Assembly: GCA_963771275.1 (NCBI GenBank)
Contig: CAVYSW010000003.1
Location: 1,536,001 to 1,600,000, forward strand
Source: an uncultured Gemmatimonadales bacterium
GTDB taxonomy: Bacteria; Gemmatimonadota; Gemmatimonadetes; Gemmatimonadales; GWC2-71-9
Direction: 5' to 3'
DNA length: 64,000 nt
Part shown: one piece after another, positions 9,707 to 18,207 of the stretch
Position numbering within the stretch: the first letter of the stretch is position 1
Layout: each line of letters starts with the position of its first letter
The notes under the pieces: generated by a model
Databases searched by the model: none
Seen by the model: the letters and a program-made list of their open reading frames with translations, nothing else
Told to the model about the DNA's origin: nothing
Made by a program: the position numbers and the translations under genes

Positions 9707-11860
9707 TCAGGCCGTCGGCGGGTCCGTGGTCGGCGCCTCGCCGCGGATTGCCGGCAGGTAACTCTCCCTGACATACCGCTGCATCATTCGCCGGGCCGTG
9801 AACCGCTCCCCCGCCTGGCAGATCGCGTGCTTCATGCGCTCCACCCAGCCGACCGGAACGCCCCGCGCGTCGCGCTGGTAGTACAGGGGGACCACCTCGG
9901 ATTCCAGCAGATGGTACACATGAGCGGCGTCTTCGGTGTCCACGTCCGCGGTCACCGCCCGCGGGATGGCCCAGCCGTTGTTGCCCGTGAATCCCTCGGA
10001 CCACCACCCGTCGAGCGTCCCGAGCTGGGGCACGCCGTTCAGCGCCGCCTTCATCCCGCTGGTCCCGCACGCCTCCATCGGCACCCGCGGCACGTTGAGC
10101 CAGAGATCCACGCCCTGCACCAGCCGGTGCGCCAGGTGCATCTCGTAGTCCTCGAGGAACGTGATGCGCCCCTCGAACGTGGGATCGCGCGTGAAGCCGT
10201 ACACCTGCTGCAGCAAGTGCTTGGCCGGCTCGTCGGCCGGGTGCGCCTTGCCGGCGAAGATGATCTGCACCGGGCGGTGCGGGTTGGTGAGAATACGGCG
10301 CAGCCGGTCCGGGTCGTGGAAGACGAGGTCGGCGCGCTTGTACGTCGCAAAGCGGCGCGCGAACCCGATCGTCAGCGCGGTGGGGCTGAGCAGCGTGCCG
10401 GCGGCGACGAGATGACTCGGCTCCTTCCACTGATCCCGCCAGCGGCGCCGCGCCTCGTCCCGGATGAATTCGATCAGGCCGTACTTGAGCGTCATGTGTG
10501 CCTGCCACAGCCGCGCCTCGTCCGCGGTCAGCAGGCGCTGCCACAACTCCGGCTCGTCCAGCCGGGCGCCCCAATCGGGGCCGAGGTGCGACTCGATCGC
10601 GTCCATGATCTGCCGCGCCATCCACGTCGCGAGATGGACGCCGTTCGTGACGTGGCCGATCGGGACGGCCGTGTACTCGCGGTCGGGCCAGAGCGGGTGC
10701 CAGATGCGGCGCGTCTCCTCGCCGTGCAGCGCGGACACGCCGTTGACGCGGCCGCTCAGCCGGATCGCGAGGGCCGTCATGTGGAACAACCCGTGGTCCT
10801 CGGCGGGGTTGTGGCCCAACCGGAAGAGCCGCTCCCGATCGAGCCCCGCCTCGTCCCAGTACCGGCCGATGCAGTGCTCCATCTGGTCGTGCGTGAACCG
10901 GTCGTGACCGGCTGGCACGGGGGTATGGGTGGTGAACGTGCTCGTCGCCCGCACGCTGCCCACGGCATCCTCGAACGGCGCGCCCGCCGCGACCTTCTCG
11001 AGCAGCCGCTCGACCAGCATGAACGCGGCGTGCCCCTCGTTCGCGTGCCACGCCCCCGGGGCGATCCCGAGGCGGCGCAGCACCCGCACGCCCCCCACCC
11101 CGAGCACCCATTCCTGCCGGAGCCGCGTCTCGGCCCCGCCGGCGTAGAGCTTGTGGCACAGGGCCCGGTCGTCGGGGTGGTTCCGCTCGAGATTCGTGTC
11201 CAGCAGGTAGACGGGGACCGAGCCGATCAGGATGCGCCAGGCGCCGACGTGGATGCTGCGCTCCGGGCCCGGCACGCTGGCCAGATATGGGCTCCCGGTC
11301 TCATCGAGGATCGGAATCAGCGGTGCCTGCCCCGGGTCCACCGGGTCGTCGGTATCCTCCTGCCAGCCGTCGAGCCGGAGGTGCTGGTCGAAGTAGCCGC
11401 GGGTGTAGATCAGCCCCACGCCGATCAGCGGAACGCCGAGATCGGACGCGGCCTTGCAGTGGTCGCCGGCGAGCACCCCCAGCCCGCCCGAGTAGATCGG
11501 GACCGAGGCGTGGAGAGCGAACTCCGCGCAGAAGTACGCGATCGGCGTCGTGTCGTGTCGCGCGAAATGCGTGCGGTACCAGGTGCCCTCGCGCGACAGC
11601 GCCCGGGCGAGGCTGGCGCGCACCGTGTCGTACAGCGAGACGAACGCCGGGTCGGTGGCGCAGGCCGCGAGGCGCGCCGGATCCACCTGCTGGAGCAGCG
11701 CGACCGGATTGTGCTGGCTGCGGCGCCACAGCACCACGTCGATCGACCGGAAGAGGATGCGGGCCTCACGGCTCCACGCCCACCACAGGTTCGCCGCGAT
11801 GCCAGGGAGTTCGGCGATGCGCTCGGGGACCAGCGGGAATCGGGGAGTGGGGTGCGTCAT
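9707..11860 (-). CDS. glgP: Alpha-glucan (glycogen) phosphorylase, GT35
   Basis: NLWWAW, YSGGLGVLAGDH.K.ASDL, NEGHAAF, FARRFATYKR, AGKAHP, EACGTSGMKA (PLP lysine). Confidence 0.96.
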   Translation of the reverse strand: MTHPTPRFPLVPERIAELPGIAANLWWAWSREARILFRSIDVVLWRRSQHNPVALLQQVDPARLAACATDPAFVSLYDTVRASLARALSREGTWYRTHFARHDTTPIAYFCAEFALHASVPIYSGGLGVLAGDHCKAASDLGVPLIGVGLIYTRGYFDQHLRLDGWQEDTDDPVDPGQAPLIPILDETGSPYLASVPGPERSIHVGAWRILIGSVPVYLLDTNLERNHPDDRALCHKLYAGGAETRLRQEWVLGVGGVRVLRRLGIAPGAWHANEGHAAFMLVERLLEKVAAGAPFEDAVGSVRATSTFTTHTPVPAGHDRFTHDQMEHCIGRYWDEAGLDRERLFRLGHNPAEDHGLFHMTALAIRLSGRVNGVSALHGEETRRIWHPLWPDREYTAVPIGHVTNGVHLATWMARQIMDAIESHLGPDWGARLDEPELWQRLLTADEARLWQAHMTLKYGLIEFIRDEARRRWRDQWKEPSHLVAAGTLLSPTALTIGFARRFATYKRADLVFHDPDRLRRILTNPHRPVQIIFAGKAHPADEPAKHLLQQVYGFTRDPTFEGRITFLEDYEMHLAHRLVQGVDLWLNVPRVPMEACGTSGMKAALNGVPQLGTLDGWWSEGFTGNNGWAIPRAVTADVDTEDAAHVYHLLESEVVPLYYQRDARGVPVGWVERMKHAICQAGERFTARRMMQRYVRESYLPAIRGEAPTTDPPTA

Positions 11861-11990
11861 TGTGCGTTTGAAGGTAGCGTCTGGTCGAGGGGACGCCAGC
11901 GGTCCCAGCGCGGCCTGCATAGAACCTTCACGCGACGTTCAGCCTTTCAACACCGCGCTCACGTTAGTCTCGAAACCGAGGAGGGCCGCC

Positions 11991-12224
11991 ATGCTGCGTG
12001 ATTCCCAAGAGTATCATCGGACGTCAGCCGGGTTCTCGCTGGATGAGGCGTCCCGGCTGTACCGCAGCAGCGCGGTCGGCAACAAGCTGAGGTGCCCCAC
12101 GTGCGGCGGGACGATGCGCGAGGTAGTCGGGGCGAACCCGCGCGGCGCCGTGTGGCTGCTGCGCTGCGTCGACTGCGGGCGCGGGCTCGTGTTCGACGAC
12201 CCGTCCGCGGAGGCGGAGGACTAG
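11991..12224 (+). CDS. Small zinc-ribbon protein (77 aa)
   Basis: GAGGAG RBS before ATG 11991. CPTC and CVDC pairs, acidic tail. Confidence 0.7.
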   Translation: MLRDSQEYHRTSAGFSLDEASRLYRSSAVGNKLRCPTCGGTMREVVGANPRGAVWLLRCVDCGRGLVFDDPSAEAED

Positions 12225-12306
12225 CGCACGCGCCCGGCGCCCCCCCGCGCGGCGAGCGTGCGCGCCCTTGCGAGCCGGCGAGGGCGCGCGTTGTTTTCGG
12301 CCCACG

Positions 12307-12960
12307 ATGTCGCTCCGTTCCCGGCTGCGGGCCCTGCTCACCATGGGCCAGGGAGTGGCCCGCGGTCTTCCCGATGCGGCCGCCGACCAGGACCCCCTCA
12401 CCCTGTTCCACCGGTGGTTCGACGCGGCGCGGCAGTCGGGCCTCATGCTCCCCGAAGCCATGTGTCTGGCCACCGCCACCCCGGACGGCAAGCCGTCGGC
12501 GCGCATGATGCTGCTCAAGGGTGCGGATCAGCGGGGCTTCGTGTTCTTCACCAACTACGACAGCCGCAAGGGCGACGAGCTCGCCGCCAACGCGCGGGCC
12601 GCTCTGGTGCTGCACTGGGCCATTCTCGAGCGCCAGGTCCGGATCGAGGGGATCGTGCAGCGGCTCGACGGCGAGGAGTCGTTCGCGTACTTCCGCACCC
12701 GGCCACGCGGCAGCCGGATCGGGGCGTGGGCGTCACAGCAGAGCCGGCCGCTCGGGGCGCGGACCGAGCTCGAGGCCCGGGTGCGCGAGACGGCCCGGCG
12801 CTTCCCGGGCGATGACGTGCCGCTGCCGCCGTTCTGGGGGGGCTTCCGGCTGATCCCGGAGCGGATCGAATTCTGGCAGGGGCGGATGGACCGGCTGCAC
12901 GACCGGCTGGTGTTCGAGCGCACCGACGGCGGCTGGCGCGCGATCCGACTCTACCCCTGA
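12307..12960 (+). CDS. pdxH: Pyridoxine/pyridoxamine 5'-phosphate oxidase
   Basis: PSARMMLLKG, FFTNYDSRKG, RQVRIEG, SRIGAWASQQS, EFWQGRMDRLHDR, RLYP. Confidence 0.96.
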   Translation: MSLRSRLRALLTMGQGVARGLPDAAADQDPLTLFHRWFDAARQSGLMLPEAMCLATATPDGKPSARMMLLKGADQRGFVFFTNYDSRKGDELAANARAALVLHWAILERQVRIEGIVQRLDGEESFAYFRTRPRGSRIGAWASQQSRPLGARTELEARVRETARRFPGDDVPLPPFWGGFRLIPERIEFWQGRMDRLHDRLVFERTDGGWRAIRLYP

Positions 12961-13009
12961 GTGGACCGCTGCGCACGAACGGACCCCTGCTCCAGTCGCG
13001 GGCCGGTGA

Positions 13010-15976
13010 TCAGCCGGCCCGACGCGTCACCCGAGCAGCGCCCTCCCGGGCGCGCGCCCGCCAGTCGGCGACCTCGTCGCCGCCGCGGTCCCACAGGTCC
13101 AGCGCCCGCGTGTAGTCCCGCGCCGCTTCCCCATAATCGTTCCGGCGCTCCGCGATCTGCCCCAGCTCGTAGAACGCCCGCGCCGTGAGGAACCCCATCC
13201 AGCTGGTCGGCGGCGCGAGCGAGCGCAAGTAGGCCTCCGCGCTGTCCGCGCGGCCCCCGGCCAGGTGCAGCAGCGCGAGCTGCAGGCGCATCGCCGGCTC
13301 GGGGTCGCCCTCGGGCAGGTTGTCGGTGTGGATCGTCCACAGGAGATAGGCACGGCGCGCGTGCTGGAGCGCCTCGGCGAGGTTCCCCCGGCGCATCGCC
13401 AGGCGGGCGTCGAAGTCGGCTTGGAGCGCGCCCACCCAGTCCTCCGACAGGCCGCCCGTCTCGCGGGGGAGTCGACCGAGCGCGGCGCGCCAGCGCCGGG
13501 TGATGGCGGTGTCGCCGAAGGTGGCGTGGTGCGCGCCGATCGCCCATCCGGCGCGCCAGACGGGACGCCGCTGGAACTGGGTGGCCGCCGAATCGGGAGG
13601 GAACCAGACGGCCAGCGAGTCCACGACGCGACCGGCTACCTCGGGGTCGCCCACTCCCGCGAGGTTCGCCGCGACGAGATGGAACTCGACGGTCCGCCGC
13701 AGCCAGAGCGTCCCGTCGAGGGCGCCGGACTGGACCACAGAATCCGTGGCGCGGATCCGGCCCTCCGCCATCCAGAGCTGGAGCAGCGCGGCCATCGCGG
13801 TCGTCGCAGCGGGGCCGGCGGGCGCCGCGGCCCGGACCCCGGCCAGGAACTGCTCCGCCCGACCTGGGCGACTCACGCGGAGGATGCGCAGGGCGGTGAT
13901 CCACTCCGGCAGCGGGCGCGCTGCCAGCCGCGGGGTCATGGAGTCGAACGCCGCCACCGACGCGGTGGCCGCGCGCAGCCCCGCGAGCTGGCCACCCACC
14001 AGCGGTTGCGCCGTGTCGGCGCGGGCCAGGCGCGCGATCTGCTCCGCGGCGTCGGCGGAGTCCCCTCCCACCGCGGCCAGCCAAGCGCGGCCGACGAGGG
14101 AGGGCAAGTGGTCGGGATCCAGCCCGACCGCGTGCTCGGCGGCGGCCCGGACATCGGAGAACCCCGCGCCGTATTGCCAGCCGTACGCCTGGTGCGTGTA
14201 GGCGAGGATCTGCCACCCCTCGACATCCGTGCTGTCGATCTCCACGATGCGGCGGGCGGCGTTCATCGCGGTGAGGCCGTCGGTGCGCACCAGCGCGCGA
14301 GCCGCCTCCACGCGCAGCCGGTTGCGCTCGCTCAGGGAGTCGGCGTAGCGGCTGGCGCGTTCGACCAGGGGCAACAAGCCGCTGTAGGCTTGTCCGTGCA
14401 TGAACAGGGACCAGGACTTGATGCGCACCGCCTCGACCAGGGCCAGCGCGAAGCCCGAATCCAGAGCGAGCGCCCGGTCGATGGCCCGTTCCGCGGAGTC
14501 GACCATGCCCCCGCGCAGGGCGCGCCGGGCATCCAGGTAGGCCTTGAGCGCATCGACGGAGCGCGTGCTGTAGCCGGTGATCTCCCGTACCTCCGGCAAC
14601 TGTTCCTCGTGCCAGATCCGCGCGATGACGGCCACGGCGAGCTCCTGCACCAGCGCCGGCAGCGCCATGACGGAGCCGCGCACGGTGAAGGTGTGGACCG
14701 GCGTCGCCAAGCCCAGCTCGTAGATCCGGAGCGTGACCGCCAGGCTGTCCCCCGCGCGGAACGCCGAGCCCAGCACGAAGCGGCGGGCGCCCGCCCGCCC
14801 CGCGAGGCGGGCCCCCTGGTCGACGCTGGGCGCCACCGCCCGGTCGCCGCCGGCCGACCGGAGGGACTGCCACAGCGACCAGGGATCGGCCACGCTCACG
14901 CCCGGCGTGCCGTCGAGCGCGGTGGCGAGCAGGTCGCCCAGCGCCTCGGACCATTCACCCGCGCCGCCCGCGGTCTCGCGGAATGGGAACACGGCGATCC
15001 CCAGGCGTTCGGTCGCGACCGCGGGCTTGGGGCTGAGGAACCGGTAGCCCAGGAAGAGAATGGCGATGATCGCGAGGCCGGTGAGCAGCGGACGGGCCAG
15101 CATCTGGGCCGCGCGGCGGCTCGCCGGGATCCGTGACGGCGGCTGGCCGGTGTTGGCGCGCAGCGCCGCCGCAAACGCCTGGCACGTGGGATAGCGGTCG
15201 GCGGGGGTCGCCGCGAGCGCGCGTCTGACGACCTCGTCGAGGCCGCTCGTCACCGTGGGCCTGACCGGCTGGATCGGGCGCACCTCGCCCGTCAGGCTGC
15301 GGGCGATGATGGCCTGCGGCGTCGGGCCCGTGTGGGGCGGCTCGCCCGCCAGGGACTCGTACAGCACGCACGCCAGCGAGTATTGGTCGCTGCGGCCGTC
15401 GAGGTCGTCGCCCGCCGCCTGCTCGGGACTCATGTAGGCCGGCGTGCCGATCGCCAGGCCCGTCTGGGTCAACCGCTGTCCCGGCGCGGCCCCGATCGCG
15501 CGGGCGATCCCGAAATCCGCGACGACGGCGTGTCCGGACTCGAGCAGGATGTTCTCCGGCTTGACGTCGCGGTGCACCACCCCGTGGCTGTGGGCGTACG
15601 CCAGCGCGTCGGCCACCTCCAGCGCGATGGCGTACGCATCGTCCAGCGGCAGCTGGTGCTCGCGCTCGAGCCGCGCCCGCAGGGATTCGCCCTCGACGTA
15701 CGGCATGACGTAGAACAGGAAGCCGTCGGCGTCGCCCGAGTCGAACAGGGGGAGGATATTGGGGTGACGCAGCGTCGCCGAGATCTCGATCTCGCGCAGG
15801 AACCGCTCGGGACCGATCGCCGCCGCCAGCTCGGGGCGGAGCACCTTGAGCGCGACGCGGCGGCCGTGCTTGCGGTCGCGGGCGAGATAGACGGTCGCCA
15901 TGCCGCCGCGTCCGATCTCGTCCATCAGATCGTACCGCTCGGCCAGTGCCGAGCGCAGCCGCTCCGGAGCTCCCAC
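13010..15976 (-). CDS. Ser/Thr protein kinase with TM segment and C-terminal TolB-like/TPR region
   Basis: GRGGMATVY, VALK, HRDVKPEN, DFG, GTPAYMSPEQ. Hydrophobic segment LLTGLAIIAILFLGY, then helical repeats. Confidence 0.93.
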   Translation of the reverse strand: MGAPERLRSALAERYDLMDEIGRGGMATVYLARDRKHGRRVALKVLRPELAAAIGPERFLREIEISATLRHPNILPLFDSGDADGFLFYVMPYVEGESLRARLEREHQLPLDDAYAIALEVADALAYAHSHGVVHRDVKPENILLESGHAVVADFGIARAIGAAPGQRLTQTGLAIGTPAYMSPEQAAGDDLDGRSDQYSLACVLYESLAGEPPHTGPTPQAIIARSLTGEVRPIQPVRPTVTSGLDEVVRRALAATPADRYPTCQAFAAALRANTGQPPSRIPASRRAAQMLARPLLTGLAIIAILFLGYRFLSPKPAVATERLGIAVFPFRETAGGAGEWSEALGDLLATALDGTPGVSVADPWSLWQSLRSAGGDRAVAPSVDQGARLAGRAGARRFVLGSAFRAGDSLAVTLRIYELGLATPVHTFTVRGSVMALPALVQELAVAVIARIWHEEQLPEVREITGYSTRSVDALKAYLDARRALRGGMVDSAERAIDRALALDSGFALALVEAVRIKSWSLFMHGQAYSGLLPLVERASRYADSLSERNRLRVEAARALVRTDGLTAMNAARRIVEIDSTDVEGWQILAYTHQAYGWQYGAGFSDVRAAAEHAVGLDPDHLPSLVGRAWLAAVGGDSADAAEQIARLARADTAQPLVGGQLAGLRAATASVAAFDSMTPRLAARPLPEWITALRILRVSRPGRAEQFLAGVRAAAPAGPAATTAMAALLQLWMAEGRIRATDSVVQSGALDGTLWLRRTVEFHLVAANLAGVGDPEVAGRVVDSLAVWFPPDSAATQFQRRPVWRAGWAIGAHHATFGDTAITRRWRAALGRLPRETGGLSEDWVGALQADFDARLAMRRGNLAEALQHARRAYLLWTIHTDNLPEGDPEPAMRLQLALLHLAGGRADSAEAYLRSLAPPTSWMGFLTARAFYELGQIAERRNDYGEAARDYTRALDLWDRGGDEVADWRARAREGAARVTRRAG

Positions 15977-16034
15977 CGTCCGCCTCCCCCGTTCTGCGGC
16001 TAAGATGTCGCGCCCGGCGGCGCGCCGCCAGGAA

Positions 16035-17099
16035 CTAGCCGGTCGAGCTGGGGTGGCGGGCCAGGGCGGCGTCGACGATCACCTTGAGCGCCGCCTCGAA
16101 GCTGTATCCGGCCTTCTCCGCCGACTCCATGAACGACACGCCTTCGGTCAGGTCGGGGTTGGGGTTCACCTCGAGCACGAAGGGGTGATCGTCCGGCGTC
16201 AGCCGCAGGTCGAGTCGCGCGTAGTCCCGGCAGCCGGTCACCCGGTACGCCGCGAGCGCCGCGTCACGCACGCGCTTCTGCGCGCGCCGCGAGAGCCGCG
16301 CCGGGCAGATCGTGAACACCTGGTGGAACACCTCGTCGAGCGGGTTCCACTTGGCGTCGAAGCTGATGATCGTGGGATGGTCGGACGGGAGCGCGGAGAA
16401 ATCGAACTCGACGATCGGCAGCACGTCGGGATGCTCGTTGCCCCACACCGACACGTGGAGCTCGCGCCCTTCGACGAACTCCTCGACGAGCGCCGCGCCG
16501 GGGAATTCGGCGATCGTATACTCGAGACGCGCGAGCAGCGCCGCATGGTCGTGCACGACGGACTCGCGATCGACCCCCGCGCTCGCGTCCTCGCGTCCCG
16601 GCTTCACGATCAGCGGGTAGTGGAGCCCGTGCCGGCGCGAGATCCTGGGCTCGGCCAGCACCCGGTAGCGGGGTGTCGGCACGCCGTTCGCGAGCAGCAC
16701 GAGCTTGGTGAGGCCCTTGCGGCGGCACAGCGTCAGCGCGAACGGCCCGCAGCCGGTGTACGGCACCTCGTGCACGTCGAGCAGGGCCGCGATGTGCGAC
16801 TCATGCTCGGGGTCGCTGCGATAGTGCTCGACGACGTTGAACACCACGTCGGGTGGCTTCCGCGCGAGCAGCCGCTCGAGCACGCCGAGGTCGTCGCCCA
16901 GGTTCACGCCGCGCGCGCGGAACCCGGCGCGCCGCAGACCGTTCACGAGCGCCCGGTATTCCTCCATCACGGTCGCGACGTGGATGTCGTACTCGGGCTC
17001 GAACGGGAGCGTCGCGGGGTCGAGATCCCGCAGCTTCTCGTACTCGTCCTCATCCACGTGATTGTACAGCACGACCACCGAAGGCTTCGTGTCCGGCAT
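16035..17099 (-). CDS. D-alanine--D-alanine ligase family ATP-grasp protein
   Basis: VPYTG, LIVKP.REDAS.GV, LVEEFVEGRE, RDYARLDLR, LEVNPNP. Start MPDTKP at 17099. Confidence 0.88.
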   Translation of the reverse strand: MPDTKPSVVVLYNHVDEDEYEKLRDLDPATLPFEPEYDIHVATVMEEYRALVNGLRRAGFRARGVNLGDDLGVLERLLARKPPDVVFNVVEHYRSDPEHESHIAALLDVHEVPYTGCGPFALTLCRRKGLTKLVLLANGVPTPRYRVLAEPRISRRHGLHYPLIVKPGREDASAGVDRESVVHDHAALLARLEYTIAEFPGAALVEEFVEGRELHVSVWGNEHPDVLPIVEFDFSALPSDHPTIISFDAKWNPLDEVFHQVFTICPARLSRRAQKRVRDAALAAYRVTGCRDYARLDLRLTPDDHPFVLEVNPNPDLTEGVSFMESAEKAGYSFEAALKVIVDAALARHPSSTG

Positions 17100-17169
17100 G
17101 ATCCGCCGACTGTCCGCGTGTCCCGAAAGGATGCTACGTTGAAGGGTACTCCGGCAAGGTGGCGTGGTG

Positions 17170-18114
17170 ATGGATCGACGCGAGTTCGCTGGGGCGCTGG
17201 CCGGTGTGGGCATCGGTCTCGCGGGTGACGGCCTGCGCGGCACGCGTGGGGCCGGGGCGATTCCGCTGCGCCCGCTCGGCGACGCCGGCGTTGCCGTGAC
17301 GATGCTCGGACTCGGCGGCCATCACGCGGGCCTGGCGGACTCCGCGGGCGCCGCGCGGCGGCTGGTGGACACGGCGCTCGCCGAGGGCATCCGGTTCTTC
17401 GACACGGCCGAGAGCTACCAGGGCGGGCGCTCCGAGCGCTGGTTGGGCGCCGCGCTCCAGGGCCAACGCGGCGACGTGTTCCTCGCGAGCAAGACGTTCT
17501 CCCCCGCGGAGCGCAGCGCGGACGGCGCGCGGCGTCACCTGGACGACAGCCTCGCGCGGCTGCGCACCGACTACCTCGATCTCTGGCAGCTCCACGCGGT
17601 GCGAAGCGTCGCGGACGTGGATCGCGCGTTCGGCCCGGGCGGCGCGATGGAGTACCTCCTGGAGGCGAGGCGACGCGGGCTGGTACGGCTGCTGGGCGTG
17701 ACGGGGCACGCTACGCCCGCCGCGCACCTGCGGGCGCTGGAGCACTGGGACCGCGGCGCGCGGTTCGACGTGATGCAGCTGCCGCTCAACCCGCTCGACG
17801 CTCACCGGCGGGGCTTCCAGCGGCAGGTTCTCCCCGGGCTCGTCGCGCGCGGCATCGGCGTGATCGCCATGAAAGCGTCGGCCGACGGCACGCTGCCTCG
17901 CGCCGGACGCTGCTCGATGGCGGACTGTCTGGATTACGTCTGGTCGCTGCCCGTGAGCGTGGTCGTGGTCGGCATGGAGCGGCCCGAGCTGGTGCGCGAG
18001 AATGCGGCGCTCGCGCGGCGGCATGCGCGATGGGACGAGCACCGGATGGCGCGACTCGAAGAGCGGGTCGCCCTGCACGCGGGGCGCGCGCGGGAGTGGC
18101 ACAACGGCGCGTGA
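17170..18114 (+). CDS. Aldo/keto reductase with Tat-like signal
   Basis: MDRREF leader; GIRFFDTAESY, FLASK, SLARLRTDYLDLWQLH. Confidence 0.9.
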   Translation: MDRREFAGALAGVGIGLAGDGLRGTRGAGAIPLRPLGDAGVAVTMLGLGGHHAGLADSAGAARRLVDTALAEGIRFFDTAESYQGGRSERWLGAALQGQRGDVFLASKTFSPAERSADGARRHLDDSLARLRTDYLDLWQLHAVRSVADVDRAFGPGGAMEYLLEARRRGLVRLLGVTGHATPAAHLRALEHWDRGARFDVMQLPLNPLDAHRRGFQRQVLPGLVARGIGVIAMKASADGTLPRAGRCSMADCLDYVWSLPVSVVVVGMERPELVRENAALARRHARWDEHRMARLEERVALHAGRAREWHNGA

Positions 18115-18207
18115 CCGGATCCCGACCGGTTCGCTCCCCACCACCCTCGCCGCCGCTCCGCCCGACGGGATAACTTCCCCACCGTACCCGCTCCGGATCG
18201 GCCCTCC

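Noticed and set aside
9431..12001. Long antisense ORFs (e.g. 9431-12001, 41831-44173, 46479-49007, 27182-29446)
   Set aside because: Typical stop-poor mirror frames of GC-rich genes, with no motifs of their own.
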